In this document: positions 52,701 through 63,755 of the stretch, piece by piece | Layout: each line of letters begins with the position of its first letter | Numbering within the stretch: position 1 is the first letter of the stretch | NCBI RefSeq assembly: GCF_036365525.1 | Contig: NC_090371.1 | Location: 62,871,654-62,935,653, forward strand | DNA length: 64,000 nucleotides | DNA from: Heterodontus francisci | Lineage: Eukaryota | Reading direction: 5' to 3' | The notes under the pieces: generated by a model | Told to the model about the DNA's origin: nothing | Databases searched by the model: none | The model's input: the letters and a program-made list of their open reading frames with translations, nothing else | Position numbers and translations under genes: made by a program

Positions 52701-55700
52701 ACTTTTCCCAGTTCTGATGAAAAGTCCTTGACCTGAAACATTAACCCGGTTTCTCTCTCCACAGATGCTGCCAGACCTGAGTATTTCCAGCATTTGAGAA
52801 TTTTAAGTCAAGACATGGTTTCACCAGTAGCCAATGTAAGTCAGCGAGCAAAGGGACTTGGACTGGGTTAAGACACAGGCAGCAGGGCTTTGGATGACCT
52901 GAAGTTTACAGAGAGTAGAATTTAGGATACCAGCCAGGAGTGCATTGGAATAGTCAAGTCTAGAGGTAACAAGCCAGAGGACTGGGAGCCATAACTGACT
53001 TCTACTGTGCATCTCCACTTGGGAGACATCTAGGTCGGATTCCCTAAAGTTGGCTGTTCTTCTTTAGGTCTGCCTGCCATCACGGTCTTCCAAATATCTT
53101 CCTTCTTCCAGGGCTGTCCCTTCCCTTTTACTACACAAGTCTCTTCCACTCCCATTTGTATTCTCCATTCCCCTCCATGACAGCCATTCAGGGCCCCTTT
53201 AAAGGTATAACTCCTGCCTCTTCAATATTTTTAAGTCTGCCCCTCTAAGGATGTAGGTTTAAAAGGGTTAAACAACAAGATTTGGCTGGAGCTACTGTTA
53301 GCCAAATTTGTTATGTCTTCAAATTAATTGGCTACAGGTGGAAGATAACAGTTGTTATTCCAGACAAAGGAACGGAGGACAACAGAGACATAAAGCCACC
53401 TGTATTGTTATCTCATCACTCCGAGATGTAGTCATGCATTGCAACTCATGATTTGTTGAAATATCAAATATAATACCCTATTATTTTTCATTTAGCTTTT
53501 CTAGATTGTAGTTCATTAAGTTTGCTGCACTGCAGTTTTATTTCTCCTTTATTAGAATTAGCAAATAGAATGCTGTTTAAGTTAGAATTTCACAGCTTGA
53601 ATGGTTGTTAGTTTCAAGGTCTCCGTTTAACTGCAGAAACAAAGCAAACTTTTAGAAAAACTTAAAACAAAGATTATAAGACAGTGTCTGGGCTGAAATA
53701 CGTACATGCTGGGTCCATGATGGGGTAGAATAGGGGCTATGGAAGATACACGATTGGGTGAATGTATACAATTTAGTTTTTGGGATACAACCAGAGGGGC
53801 CTGGGCTGAGGGTATGATGACTGGGTACGTGGAACAAAGTCATACCCCCTACTCAAGGATCTATGCAATGTCATTTTCAACTGTTCCTTGTAAACTGCAC
53901 CTATTCAGTCCCACTTGTGCGTAATTAAAAATCATACCGTACTAGTATGAAGTCAGTTTTGTATTGCTAGAAAAACAGTTCAAAGAGACTAGATACTGAT
54001 TACACCTCCTAAGGTATCTGAGCCTTTGCATGCTACATTTAAGTATCCTATATGCCTCTACATTTCTAATTACCTGACCCTGCAAAGGTGATATTGAAAA
54101 TCTTTCCCCGTTATCTCTATGTGGGGGAACAGCTGGGCAGTATTAGTATTAGAACATGGTTAGATTTCACTTGCCGAGATGAATTAATAGTGCTGGTAAT
54201 TAGTGAGAGATTTCAGGAGGGCCAAATTTTCAGTTATGAGGAAAGATTCGGAAAAGGTGCATTAGGGTTATGCTGCCAGACAATAATTGTGATAAAGATG
54301 AAAATACATCTTAAAGGGGAAAGGAAGCCATACAAAAAGCAAGCCAAAATAACTAAATAGGAATGTTTATCAAGAGATGAACCTAAAGAACAGAATTTCA
54401 CTGTTTAAAAAAGGTTCAATTGTCAGGAAAGTTGGTAGTAGTATGAAATACTAACAGCCATGGGTAACTAAAGCTCATACAATGGCATTAGAGCAAAGGA
54501 TAATGGACATTTGTGGGTTATAACAAGGCTTTTAGTTTTCCTACAAATCATTACACAATCAAGCACATTAGCCCCGAGGGGTTTAGGAACACAACAGGAG
54601 TGCACCAATCTTGAGCCAGTTCTGCCATTCAGTTAGAAAGTAGATAATGCGTAGTTTAACTCCATCTACCTGCCTAGGTTCCATAGCTTTTAATAACTTT
54701 ATCTAGCAAAAATCTATCTATCTCAGTTTTTGAACTTTTCAATTGACTTCACCTCAACAGCTTTTTGGGAGACTAGTAATCAGAGGTCTGACTAATAATT
54801 CAGAGATGTGAATTCAAAACCCAACACAATTGGGGAATTTGAATACAGTTAAATAAATCTAGAATAAAAAGCTAGTGTCAGTAAAAACGATCACAGAAGC
54901 ACTGTAAAAAAACTAACTGGCTCACTAATGGGCTTTTTTTTGGGGAAGGAAATCTGCTGCCCTTACTTGACCTATATGTGACTCCAGAACCACAGCAATG
55001 TAGTTGACTCTTAACTGCCCTCTGAAATGGCCCAGCAAGCCACTTAGTTGTCACTGCCACCTTCTCTAGAGCAATTAGGGATGGGCAATAAATGCTGGGC
55101 TAGCCAGTGATGTCCACATACTATGATTAAAGAAATTCATTTAAAATCACCTAAAACTCCTGAATTCGATCACCCCCTTAACCTTTTCTACTGAAGGGAA
55201 TGCAACGTGTCCTCATAATTTAACAAGTTTAGCCAAGGTATCATACGGACAAATCTGCACCCCTTCCAAAACCAAATATTCTTCCTGAAGTGCGGTGCCC
55301 AGAACTGAACTCCGTACTTTAAAAAAAAAAAATTCATTCACTGGAAGTTGTCATTGCTGGCAAGGCCTGCATTTATTACCCACCACTCACTGCCCTTGAA
55401 GGTTGTGGTGAGACTCCTTTTTGAACTGCTCCAGTCAGTGGTGCAGGTACTCCCAGACTACTGTTAGATAGGGAATTACAAGATTTTGGTCAAGCAATGA
55501 TGAAGAAATGGTGATATATTTCTGCATTAGAGTGTTGTTTGACTTGGCATGGTAACTTGGGGATCCTGTCACGTCCCTTAAGAAATTTATAGGTTTCTAT
55601 TGGATCATCTCCCATTCTTCTAAACTTTAGGGAATATTAGCTTGGTCTATTCAATCTCTCCTCATAAGACAACGCTCGCATCCCAGAAACCAGTGTAGTG

Positions 55701-58700
55701 AACTGTTGTTGCCCTCCCTCCAAGGCACATAAACCCTTCCTTTTGAAAAGGAGACCAAAATTGTATAGAATACTCCCGGTGTGGTCTCACCAATGCCCAA
55801 AATAATTGCAGTAAAACTTAATTACTCTTATACTCCAGTCCCTTTGTAATAAAGGCTAACATAACATTTGCTTTCTTCATTGTGTATAAAGCACCTGGGG
55901 ACGATTTATTGCATTAAAAGTGATATATAAATGCATGTTCCATTTGTTGTTTACTATAGCTGAATATTAACTTTCTGTGATTCATGTACAAGGACACCAA
56001 GGTTCTTCGAATACCAACATGTCCCAGTCTCTCACCACACTGAAGAAGTAGCTGAAGATGGTTCGGCATAGGACATTGCCCTGAGGAAGTCATGTATTGA
56101 TGTCCTGGGGTCCAAAGGAAGTCCAATATCAGCTTTATATATCTGTAACATAACTTCCACCCCTTTGTATAACAGCCCCATTGAGATAAAGGTCAACATT
56201 CCATTAGCCTTTCCACTTTTTTTTTTGTGCCATTTCCTCTTTTTACCAATTATTAGATGTGAAGATAAAATAGTGGTTCAAGAGCAACAAATGTATGCAT
56301 CTGTTTATATTTCTGAAGAAAGTGCCATTGTGCTAGTTTTACAGGACAAGTGTGCAATTAAATTTGCTTTAGAAGCAACTGCAATATGATTGGAGCTTAA
56401 GACTTGGTGCTTTATAACCTGATGCTATTTACTGCAGAATACTCTGAAATGGGAGAGAGATCGCATGCGAACCACTGACATAGATTATTCAGTAAATAAA
56501 AAGGGGGGGGGGGGAAAAAGAGAGCGAGAGAGAGCGGGGGAGAGCGAGAGAGAGAGAATTGCTTAGTGGTTAACAGTGAGGTGGAGTGTCTTAGGTTGCA
56601 GGAAGATATAGACGGGATGGTCAAATGGGCAGAAAAGTGGCAGATGGAATTTAAACGCTGAAAAGTGTGAGGTGATACACTTTGGAAGGAGTAATGTGAC
56701 ACGGAAGTATTCAATGAATGGCCTGACACTGGGAAGTTCCAAGGAACAGAGGGACCTTGGCGTGTTTGTCCATAGATCTGAAGGGAGAAGGGCAGGTTAA
56801 TAGGGTGGTGAAAAAGGCATATGGGACACTTGCCTTTATCAATCGAGGCATAGATTACAAAAGCAGGGAGGTCATGTTGGAGTTGTACAGAACTTTGGTA
56901 AGGCCACAGCTGGAGTAGTGTGTGCAATTCTGGTCGCCACATTATAGGAAGGATGTGATTGCACTGGAGAGGGTGCAGAGGCGATTCACCAGGGGATGTT
57001 GCCTGGGATGGAACATTTAAGCTATGAAGAGAGGTTGGATAGGCTTGGGTTGTTTTCACTGGAGCAGAGAAGACTGAGGGGTGACCTGATCGAGGTGTAC
57101 AAGATTATGAGGGGCATGGACAGGGAGCAAGTGTTCCCCTTAGTTGAAGGGTCAGTTACAAGGGGTCACAAGTTTAAGGTGAGGGGCGGGAGGTTTAAGG
57201 GGGATTTGAGGAAGAACTTTTTTTACCCAAAGGGTGGTGACGGTCTGGAATGCCCTGCCTTGGAGGGTGGTAGAGGCGGGTTGCCTCACATCCTTTAAAA
57301 AGTACCTGGATGAGCACTTGGCACGTCATAACATTCAAGGCTATGGGCCAAGTGCTGGCAAATGGGATTAGGTAGACAGGTCAGTTGTTTTAATGCATCG
57401 GTGCAGACTCAATGGGCCGAAGGGCCTCTTCTGCACTGTATTGTTCTGTGATTCTGCGAGAGCGAGAGCGAAAAAAAAAAGAGAGAGACAGACACACAGG
57501 CGATTGGGGGGGGGGGGGAAAAGGAGATGTGTGTTAAGTTGTTGCTAAATGACCTGCAAACTGCTGACCAGAAGACAAGAGGCATAAAAGATCAGAGACA
57601 TCATTTTTAGGTCTGGGTTAGTTTTCATTGAGTGGAGGAGGCCAGTTAATACTGGACCCATTAAAAGAAATTAGACTGTTGCAATTATAGAAGGTTGATG
57701 TCAGAAAATGTTATACAAAGTGTAATGAATAATTTTGGAGGAGAACTGGCAGGTGGGGGTGGGGGAGCTAAACGGGATACCTTTCAACAAATGCGGGTCC
57801 TGCATCATTAACCCGATTGAATCCTTGAGAGACTGACTATAATGGTGATGGAGAGTAAGTGAGCATGGATCTTTTGGGGTCTGGTTGAAAATGGAATTCT
57901 GCAAGGTTCTGCACTATTATTATTGCTCAAAAGACAGATTAAAATTAAATCATTGTTAAATTTGTAGATAATAAAAATATGCTTGGGGGTTCATCAAGCA
58001 GACCAAATCAATAGGTTGCTCAGCAATTTACAGGGGCCTGTGTATGGCCATTGCACTGATGGCCCTGGGAGCAGGGGGAAAGAGTGGGTGGCGGGGGAAG
58101 GGGCAGACCTGGCAGCTGGGAGAAGGGGAGAATGACGGACATGGCAGTGACAGGTGGGGTGGTGTACAGCAGGACATCATGATGGGGGTGCAGGGGGGAA
58201 ATGTATGGTCAGACATCATGACCTCGGAGGTGGGAGGGTGCAAGTTCTGTCCGTCGGATTGCTAAGCTAACAAGTTTTGACTTTTTTTTTTTGGTTTTTC
58301 AGTAGATTTGTTGGGAATTTAGAATAGTGGGAATGGAGATTAAGGCAGTTGTATGTGGGAGGTAAGGGTCGCCAAGAGTGTCCCTGCTGACTGCATCTGC
58401 AGGAAGTGCACCCAACTCCAGCTCCTCGAGAACCGCATTAGGGAACTGGAGCTGGATGAACTTCGGATCATTCGGGAGGCGGAGGGGGTTATTGAGAGGA
58501 GTTATGGGGAGGTAGTCACACCTCAGGTAAAAGAAGTAGGTAGATGGGTTACCGTCAGGGGAAGGAGAGGGAACCAGCAGGCAGTGCGGGGATCCCCTGT
58601 GGCCATTTCCCTCAACAACAGGTATACCGTTTTGGATACTGTTGCGGGGAACGACTTACCAGGGGTAAGCAATGGGGTACAGGTATCTGGCACAGAGTCT

Positions 58701-61700
58701 GTCTCTGTTGCTCAGAAGGGAAGGGGTAAGAGGAGCAGAGCATTAGTCATTGGGGACTCCATAGTTAGGGGAACAGATAGGAGGTTTTGTGGAAACGAGA
58801 GAGACTCACGGTTGGTGTGTTGCCTCCCAGGTGCCAGGGTTCGTGATGTCTCAGATCGTGTTTTTGGGATCCTTAAGGGGAGGGGGAGCAGCCCCAAGTC
58901 GTGGTCCACATAGGCACCAACGACATAGGTAGGAAGAGAGATGGGGATTTAAGGCAGAAATTCAGGGAGCTAGGGTGGAAGCTTAGAGCAAGAACAAACA
59001 AACAGAGTTGTTATCTCTGGGTTGTTGCCCGTGCCACGTGATAGCGAAGCGAGGAATAGGGAGAGAGAGAGGAGTTGAACACGTGGCTGCAGGGATGGTG
59101 TAGGAGGGAGGGTTTTGGTTTCCTGGATAATTGGGACCTCTACAAACAGGATGGTCTTCACCTGAACCAGAGGGGTACCAATATCCTGGGGGGGGGGGGG
59201 GGAGGGAAAGAAAGATTTGCTAGTGCTCTTCGGGGGGGGTTTAAACTAATTCAGCAGGGGAATGGGAACCTAAATTGTAGTTCCAGTGTACAGGATGTTG
59301 AGAGTAGTGAGGTCAGGGATAAGGTTACAAGGACGCAAGAGGGCACTGGCAAGCAAGAACTTGATTTAAAGTGTGTCTACTTCAAAGCCAGGAGCATCCG
59401 GAATAAGGTGGGTGAGCTTGCAGCATGGGTTGGTACCTGGGATCTCGATGTTGTGGCCATTTCAGAGACATGGGTAGAGCAGGGACAGGAATGGATGTTG
59501 CAGGTTCCGGGATTTAGATGTTTCAGTAAGAACAGAGAAGATGGTAAAAAGGGGGGGGGGGGGGGGGGTGCCATTGTTAATCAAGAAGAGTATTACAGCG
59601 GCAGAAAGGACGTTTGAGGACTCGTCTACTGAGGTAGTATGGGCCGAGGTTAGAAACAGGAGAGGTGAGGTCACCCTGTTGGGAGTCTTCTATAGACCTC
59701 CGAATAGTTCCAGAGATGTAGAGAAAAGGATAGCGAAGATGATTCTCGACTGGAGCGAGTGTAACAGGGTAGTTGTTATGGGGGACTTTAACTTTCCAAA
59801 TATTGACTGGAAATACTATAGTTCGAGTACTTTAGATGGGTCAGTTTTTGTCCAGTGTGTGCAGGAGGGTTTTCTGACAGTATGTAGACAGGCCAACCAG
59901 GGGCGATGCCACATTGGATTTGGTACTGGGTAATGAACCCAGCCAGGTGTTAGATTTAGAAGTTGGTGAGCACTTTGGTGATAGTGATCACAATTTGGTT
60001 AGGTTTACCTTAGCGATGGGCAGGGACAGGTATATACCGCAGGGCAAGAATTATAGCTGGGGGAAAGGAAATTATGATGCGATTAGGCAAGATTTAGGAT
60101 GCGTAGGATGGGGAAGGAAACTGCAGGGGATGGGCACAATCGAAATGTGGAGCTTATTCAGGGAGCAGCTACTGAGTGTCCTTGATAAGTATGTACCTAT
60201 CAGGAAGGGAGGAAGTTGTCGAGCGAGGGAGCCGTGGTTTACTAAAGAAGTTGAAGCGCTCGTCAAGAGGAAGAAGAAGGCTTATGTTAGGATGAGACGT
60301 GAAGGCTCAGTTAGGGCGCTTGAGAGTTACAAGCTAGCCAGGAAGGATCTAAAGGGAGAGCTATGAAGAGCAAGGAGAGGACACGAGAAGTCATTGGCGG
60401 ATAGGATCAGGGAAAACCCTAAGGCTTTCTATAGGTATATCAGGAATAAAAGAATGACTAGAGTTAGATTAGGGCCAATCAAGGATAGTAGTGGGAAGTT
60501 GTGTGTGGAATCAGAGGAGATAGGGGAAGCGTTAAATGAATATTTTTCATCAGTATTTACAGTAGAGAAAGAAAATGTTGTCGAGGAGAATACTGAGATT
60601 CAGACTACTAGGCTAGATGGGATTGAGGTTCACAAGGAGGAGGTGTTAGCAATTTTGGAAAGTGTGAAAATAGATAAGTCCCCTGGGCCAGATGGGATTT
60701 ATCCTAGGATTCTCTAGGAAGCCAGGGAGGAGATTGCAGAGCCTTTGTCCTTGATCTTTATGTCGTCATTGTCGACAGGAATAGTGCCGGAAGACTGGAG
60801 GATAGTAAATGTTGTGCCCTTGATCAAGAAGGGGAGTAGAGACAGCCCTGGTAATTATAGACCTGTGAGCCTTACTTCGGTTGTGGGTAAAATGTTGGAA
60901 AAGGTTATAAAAGAGACAGGATTTATAATCATCTTGAGAAGAATAAGTTCATTAGCGATAGTCAGCACGGTTTTGTGAAGGGTAGGTCGTGCCTCACAAA
61001 CCTTATTGAGTTTTTCGAGAAGGTGACCAAACAGGTGGATGAGGGTAAAGCAGTGGATGTGGTGTATATGGATTTCAGTAAGGCGTTTGATAAGGTTCCC
61101 CACGGTAGGCTATTGCAGAAAATACGGAAGTATGGGGTTGAAGGTGATTTAGAGCTTTGGATCAGAAATTGGCTAGCTGAAAGAAGACAGAGGGTGGTGG
61201 TTGACAGCAAATGTTCATCCTGGGGTTTAGTTACTAGTGGTGTACCGCAAGGATCTGTTTTGGGGCCACTGCTGTTTGTCATTTTTATAAATGACCTGGA
61301 AGAGGGTGCAGAAGGGTGGGTTAGTAAATTTGCGGATGACACGAAGGTCGGTGGAGTTGTGAATAGTGCCGAAGGATGTTGTAGGGTACAGAGGGACATA
61401 GATAGGCTGCAGAGCTGGGCTGAGAGATGGCAAATGGAGTTTAATGCAGAAAAGCGTGAGGTGATTCACTTTGGAAGGAGTAACAGGAATGCAGAGTACT
61501 AGGCTAATGGGAAGATTCTTGGTAGTGTAGATGAACAGAGAGATCTTGGTGTCCAGGTACATAAATCCCTGAAGGTTGCTACCCCGGTTAATAGGGCTGT
61601 GAAGAAGGCATATGGTGTGTTAGCTTTTATTAGTAGGGGGATCGAGTTTCAGAGCCACGAGGTCATGCTGCAGCTGTACAAAACTCTGGTGCGGCCGCAC

Positions 61701-63084
61701 CTGGAGTATTGCGTGCAGTTCTGGTCACTGCATTATAGGAAGGATGTGGAAGCTTTGGAAAGGGTGCAGAGGAGATTTACTAGGATGTTGCCTGGTATGG
61801 AGGGAAGGTCTTACGAGGAAAGGCTGAGGGACTTGAGGTTGTTTTCGTTGGAGAGAAGGAGGAGGAGAGGTGACTTAATAGAGACATATAAGATAATCAG
61901 AGGGTTAGATAGGGTGGATAGTGAGAGTCTTTTTCCTCGGATGGTGATGGCAAACACGAGGGGACATAGCTTTAAGTTGAGGGGTGATAGATATAGGACA
62001 GATGTGAGAGGTAGTTTCTTTACTCAGAGAGTAGTAGGGGCGTGGAACGCCCTGCCTGCAACAGTAGTAGACTCGCCAACCTTAAGGGCATTTAAGTGGT
62101 CATTGGATAGACATATGGATGAAAATGGAATAGTGTAGGTCAGATGGTTTCACAGGTCGGCGCAACATCGAGGGCCGAAGGGCCTGTACTGCGCTGTAAT
62201 GTTCTAATTCTAAAAAAGTGGAAGAGGGCGGCACAATGGCGCAGTGGTTAGCACCGCAGCCTCACAGCTCCAGGGACCCGGGTTAGATTCTGGGTACTGC
62301 CTGTGCGGAGTTTGCAAGTTCTCCCTGTGTCTGCATGGGTTTTCGCCGGGTGCTCCGGTTTCCTCCCACATCCAAAAGACTTGCAGGTGATAGGTAAATT
62401 GGCCGTTGTAAATTGCCCCTAGTGTAGGGAGGTGATAGGAAATATGGGATTACTGTGGGGTTAGTATAAATGGGTGGTTGTTGGTCGGCACAGACCCGGT
62501 GGGCCGAAGGGCCTGTTTCAGTGCTGTATCTCTAAATAAAATTAAAATATAAATAAAAATCTGAAGTGAAAATGGTGGAAGTACAAAATAGGTCAGTCAA
62601 CTAAGTTTTGAAGAAGGTTTAAAAGTTGGAGCATTTGCTGTTTTTTCGCCCCTCTTCAAAAAAAGCTGGTGAATGGCTTTGTGTTTTATTTTCAGCATTT
62701 GCTGTTTTTAATGTAATTTAAAAGGGGAGATACTTTAGACTGCATTTAAAATTGGCAGAGTTTGTCAGTTAAAAATATACTTTTAAATACACATACACTG
62801 GCATCTAAGAATGCATCAGGGTGATAAGTTTGCAACTTACCTTTACGGAAAGGTTCAATGAGAACATCAGATTGATTACAAAGCTGCTTCAACACTTCTA
62901 CTCCTTCCGGCTTCTTCAGATTCAAGACCACTGAGCGTTTGCCTCGTGCCAACACGTCAGTCATTGCTCTCCTTGTTCGATCTATGCGCACAACCTTGGC
63001 ACCAAAATCAGCGAGAATCATTCCACACAAGGGACTAGGTGCCAGACCAGCAAGCTCAATTACACGGATTCCTGCTAGAGCCAT
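37535..63084 (-). CDS. AMACR: Alpha-methylacyl-CoA racemase (CoA-transferase family III), partial: join(63084-62841, 47970-47827, 45414-45254, 37721-37535); 3' coding exon not found in window
   Basis: The four exons splice in frame (736 nt) to [29 protein letters not shown]...GHDINY...ADFAGGG...[26 protein letters not shown]. Catalytic His (GHDINY) and Asp (ADFAGGG) motifs are present. Exon sizes 144/161/187 match the human exons as I recall them. Confidence 0.96.
38850..40795 (+). mobile_element. CR1 with 5' UTR and ORF1 start joined to the RT region (large internal deletion)
   Basis: ORF1 [17 protein letters not shown]...VCRKC...ELEQQL at 39206; GDS motif about 39660; jumps at about 39710 to [15 protein letters not shown]. 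Confidence 0.85.
40800..44275 (-). mobile_element. CR1 LINE covering the end of ORF1 and all of ORF2, decayed
   Basis: [48 protein letters not shown]; tail at 40800. Confidence 0.92.
41097..41423 (-). mobile_element. V-SINE (HE1-like) nested in CR1
   Basis: Full family match. Confidence 0.92.
44290..44800 (-). mobile_element. Older CR1 RT fragment
   Basis: Minus strand [13 protein letters not shown] and GFVKGKSY-like segments. Confidence 0.7.
45254..45414 (-). CDS. AMACR: AMACR coding exon 3
   Basis: Acceptor acttag|GT; [53 protein letters not shown]; donor ATG|GTGAGC; 161 nt. Confidence 0.96.
45505..46030 (-). mobile_element. CR1-Zenon-like 3' fragment
   Basis: [28 protein letters not shown]; family tail. 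Confidence 0.8.
46750..47220 (+). mobile_element. Chimeric V-SINE containing about 170 bp of CR1 ORF2
   Basis: SINE head and V-domain to about 46977, CR1 segment ([10 protein letters not shown]...[11 protein letters not shown]) to about 47146, then the SINE tail. Confidence 0.85.
47542..47616 (+). mobile_element. V-SINE 3' fragment
   Basis: attagtataaatgggtggttgatggtcggcacagactcggtgggccgaagggcctgtttcagtgctgtatctct. Confidence 0.85.
47827..47970 (-). CDS. AMACR: AMACR coding exon 2
   Basis: Acceptor ctcctcttag|GT; [48 protein letters not shown]; donor CAG|GTAATT; 144 nt. Confidence 0.96.
48336..49428 (-). mobile_element. Penelope-like retroelement, 5'-truncated and internally deleted
   Basis: [21 protein letters not shown]...[37 protein letters not shown], endonuclease C-terminus RKLEEQHLI; 13-bp TSD TATTATTTGTATA (48323-48335, 49429-49441). 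Confidence 0.93.
50030..50535. mobile_element. Harbinger-type MITE remnant (right end)
   Basis: Ends GAAAATTCAGCC, similar to the reverse complement of the TIR at 124; subterminal aatatcgtggcggc resembles 3257-3270. Left end not found. Confidence 0.55.
50668..50970 (+). mobile_element. V-SINE, 5'-truncated
   Basis: gcagcctcacagctccag...gggccgaagggcc. Confidence 0.9.
51120..51490 (+). mobile_element. tRNA-derived SINE with Zenon-like tail
   Basis: Same family as 22520-23200; ends caaggggcaattagggttggg...cccacatgccatgaaagaataaaaaa. Confidence 0.82.
52086..52794 (+). mobile_element. Penelope-like 3' fragment (GIY-YIG endonuclease end plus pLTR)
   Basis: [14 protein letters not shown]; RKLEEQQII; terminus shared with other copies; 8-bp direct repeat TGAGAATT (52078-52085, 52795-52802). 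Confidence 0.85.
52710..52746 (+). ncRNA. Degenerate minimal hammerhead ribozyme motif in the Penelope pLTR
   Basis: GTT-CTGATGA-aaagtc ctt gacct-GAAAC-ATT-AAC: both core boxes, stem II and a 3-bp stem I. Confidence 0.6.
54770..55135 (+). mobile_element. tRNA-derived SINE with Zenon-like tail (decayed)
   Basis: gactagtaatcagagg...ggaaggaaatctgc...gcaattagggatgggcaataaatgctggg. Confidence 0.78.
55140..56215 (-). mobile_element. Cluster of old CR1 fragments with a Zenon-like 3' fragment (about 55330-55560)
   Basis: Minus-strand [16 protein letters not shown]-like segment about 55760-55800; Zenon-like tail after the poly-A at 55321. Confidence 0.65.
56560..57456 (+). mobile_element. CR1 3' fragment inserted in a (GA)n tract
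   Basis: [33 protein letters not shown]; GAGAGC/GA repeats on both sides. Confidence 0.92.
58332..59250 (+). pseudogene. CR1 ORF1: Cys-rich/coiled-coil N-terminus plus SGNH esterase-like domain
   Basis: CICRKC...LENRIRELE; [10 protein letters not shown]; CCLPGARV; VHIGTND (shifted frame); DGLHLN. Confidence 0.88.
59365..62138 (+). pseudogene. CR1 ORF2: APE endonuclease plus reverse transcriptase, disrupted
   Basis: [47 protein letters not shown]; stops at 60364, 60715 and 61500 plus frameshifts. Confidence 0.93.
62226..62545 (+). mobile_element. V-SINE (HE1-like), full length
   Basis: Head, V-domain, CR1-type tail and A-rich end. Confidence 0.92.
62841..63084 (-). CDS. AMACR: AMACR coding exon 1
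   Basis: ATG at 63084; [36 protein letters not shown]...[17 protein letters not shown]...[10 protein letters not shown]; donor AAG|GTAAGT after 62841; 244 nt, phase 1. Confidence 0.96.
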
Positions 63085-63125
63085 TCTGTTTCAGATGTGA
63101 AAGAAAAACAGTCCATGTTAACTAA
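63085..63125 (-). promoter_or_regulatory. Putative 3' splice site immediately upstream of the AMACR start codon
   Basis: Minus strand reads tagttaac (branch-like) atggac tgtttttctttcacatctgaaacAG|A-ATG. Confidence 0.6.
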
Positions 63126-63649
63126 ACAATAATTGTAGGAAAATCTAGCTCTCAGATATAATAGGGAGAGCAACCTGTCCATAATTCTTTAGTTGAAACT
63201 ATAATGCAGACCCGTAGGCCCCAATATTTACAGGAGGCCAAGAGGTTGGGCAATAACCGGGCAAGCCCAGGAATGTGGAGGTTGTAGGCTTTCTTGAGGG
63301 GACAGGGATAGCAGACAAAGAGTGCTCTGAAAAGCGCCAACTTGCTGGAGCTGACAGCTCTGTCCTCCATTTTGCTGTTGGATTTCCAAAGCCCTGGGAA
63401 ATCCAGCTGGCAGCTGTTAAATTTAAATCAGGCTCCCAACTGCACTGTGCGAGTCCAATTTAAATGTGATAACATGTCCAGCCTCTCCAAGACTGGATGT
63501 ACCCCAATAAACCTGCCGCTGTGAAAATGTGTCAGGTTGGGGACAGTTCCCTAATTTTCAATCCCCGCACTCACCACCTCTCCACACCAGTCAGGAGGGA
63601 GGGAGTTCACATTGAGACGCCAATAATTATACTTGTACTTTCCTCCCAG

Positions 63650-63755
63650 ATTCCACATTTTAGCATTCTGACAAAGAGTTTACACCTGAAATGTTATCTA
63701 TTCTCTCTAGAGATGCTGAGTGATCTGCTTAGTGTTTCTAGCATTGTATGTGTTT
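63650..63755 (+). mobile_element. Old Penelope pLTR fragment
   Basis: ttctgacaaagagtttacacctgaaatgtta...agatgctgagtgatctgcttagtgtttctagcatt resembles 52712-52794. Confidence 0.6.

Larger units (their letters stand above)
51900..52975 (-). mobile_element. L2 LINE 3' fragment split by a Penelope element
   Basis: [15 protein letters not shown]...[14 protein letters not shown] and [10 protein letters not shown] are L2 C-terminal motifs. Confidence 0.82.
58290..62213 (+). mobile_element. Near full-length, comparatively young CR1 (HER1-like) LINE
   Basis: ORF1 and ORF2 are both traceable with few lesions; tail gggccgaagggcctgtactgcgctgtaatgttctaattct. Confidence 0.95.

Noticed and set aside
56412-57059. 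215-aa ORF and many similar 60-200 aa ORFs in the track
   Set aside because: Antisense or off-frame readings of CR1, Zenon-like or SINE sequence; not host genes.
60715-61502. Two apparent TGG-to-TAG stops in CR1 ORF2 suggesting APOBEC-type editing
   Set aside because: Two events are too few, and no clustered G-to-A pattern can be shown without a consensus.
62226-62300. tRNA-like A/B-box sequences (also at 18430-18493, 22527-22610, 46750-46810)
   Set aside because: SINE heads followed by SINE bodies, not tRNA genes.
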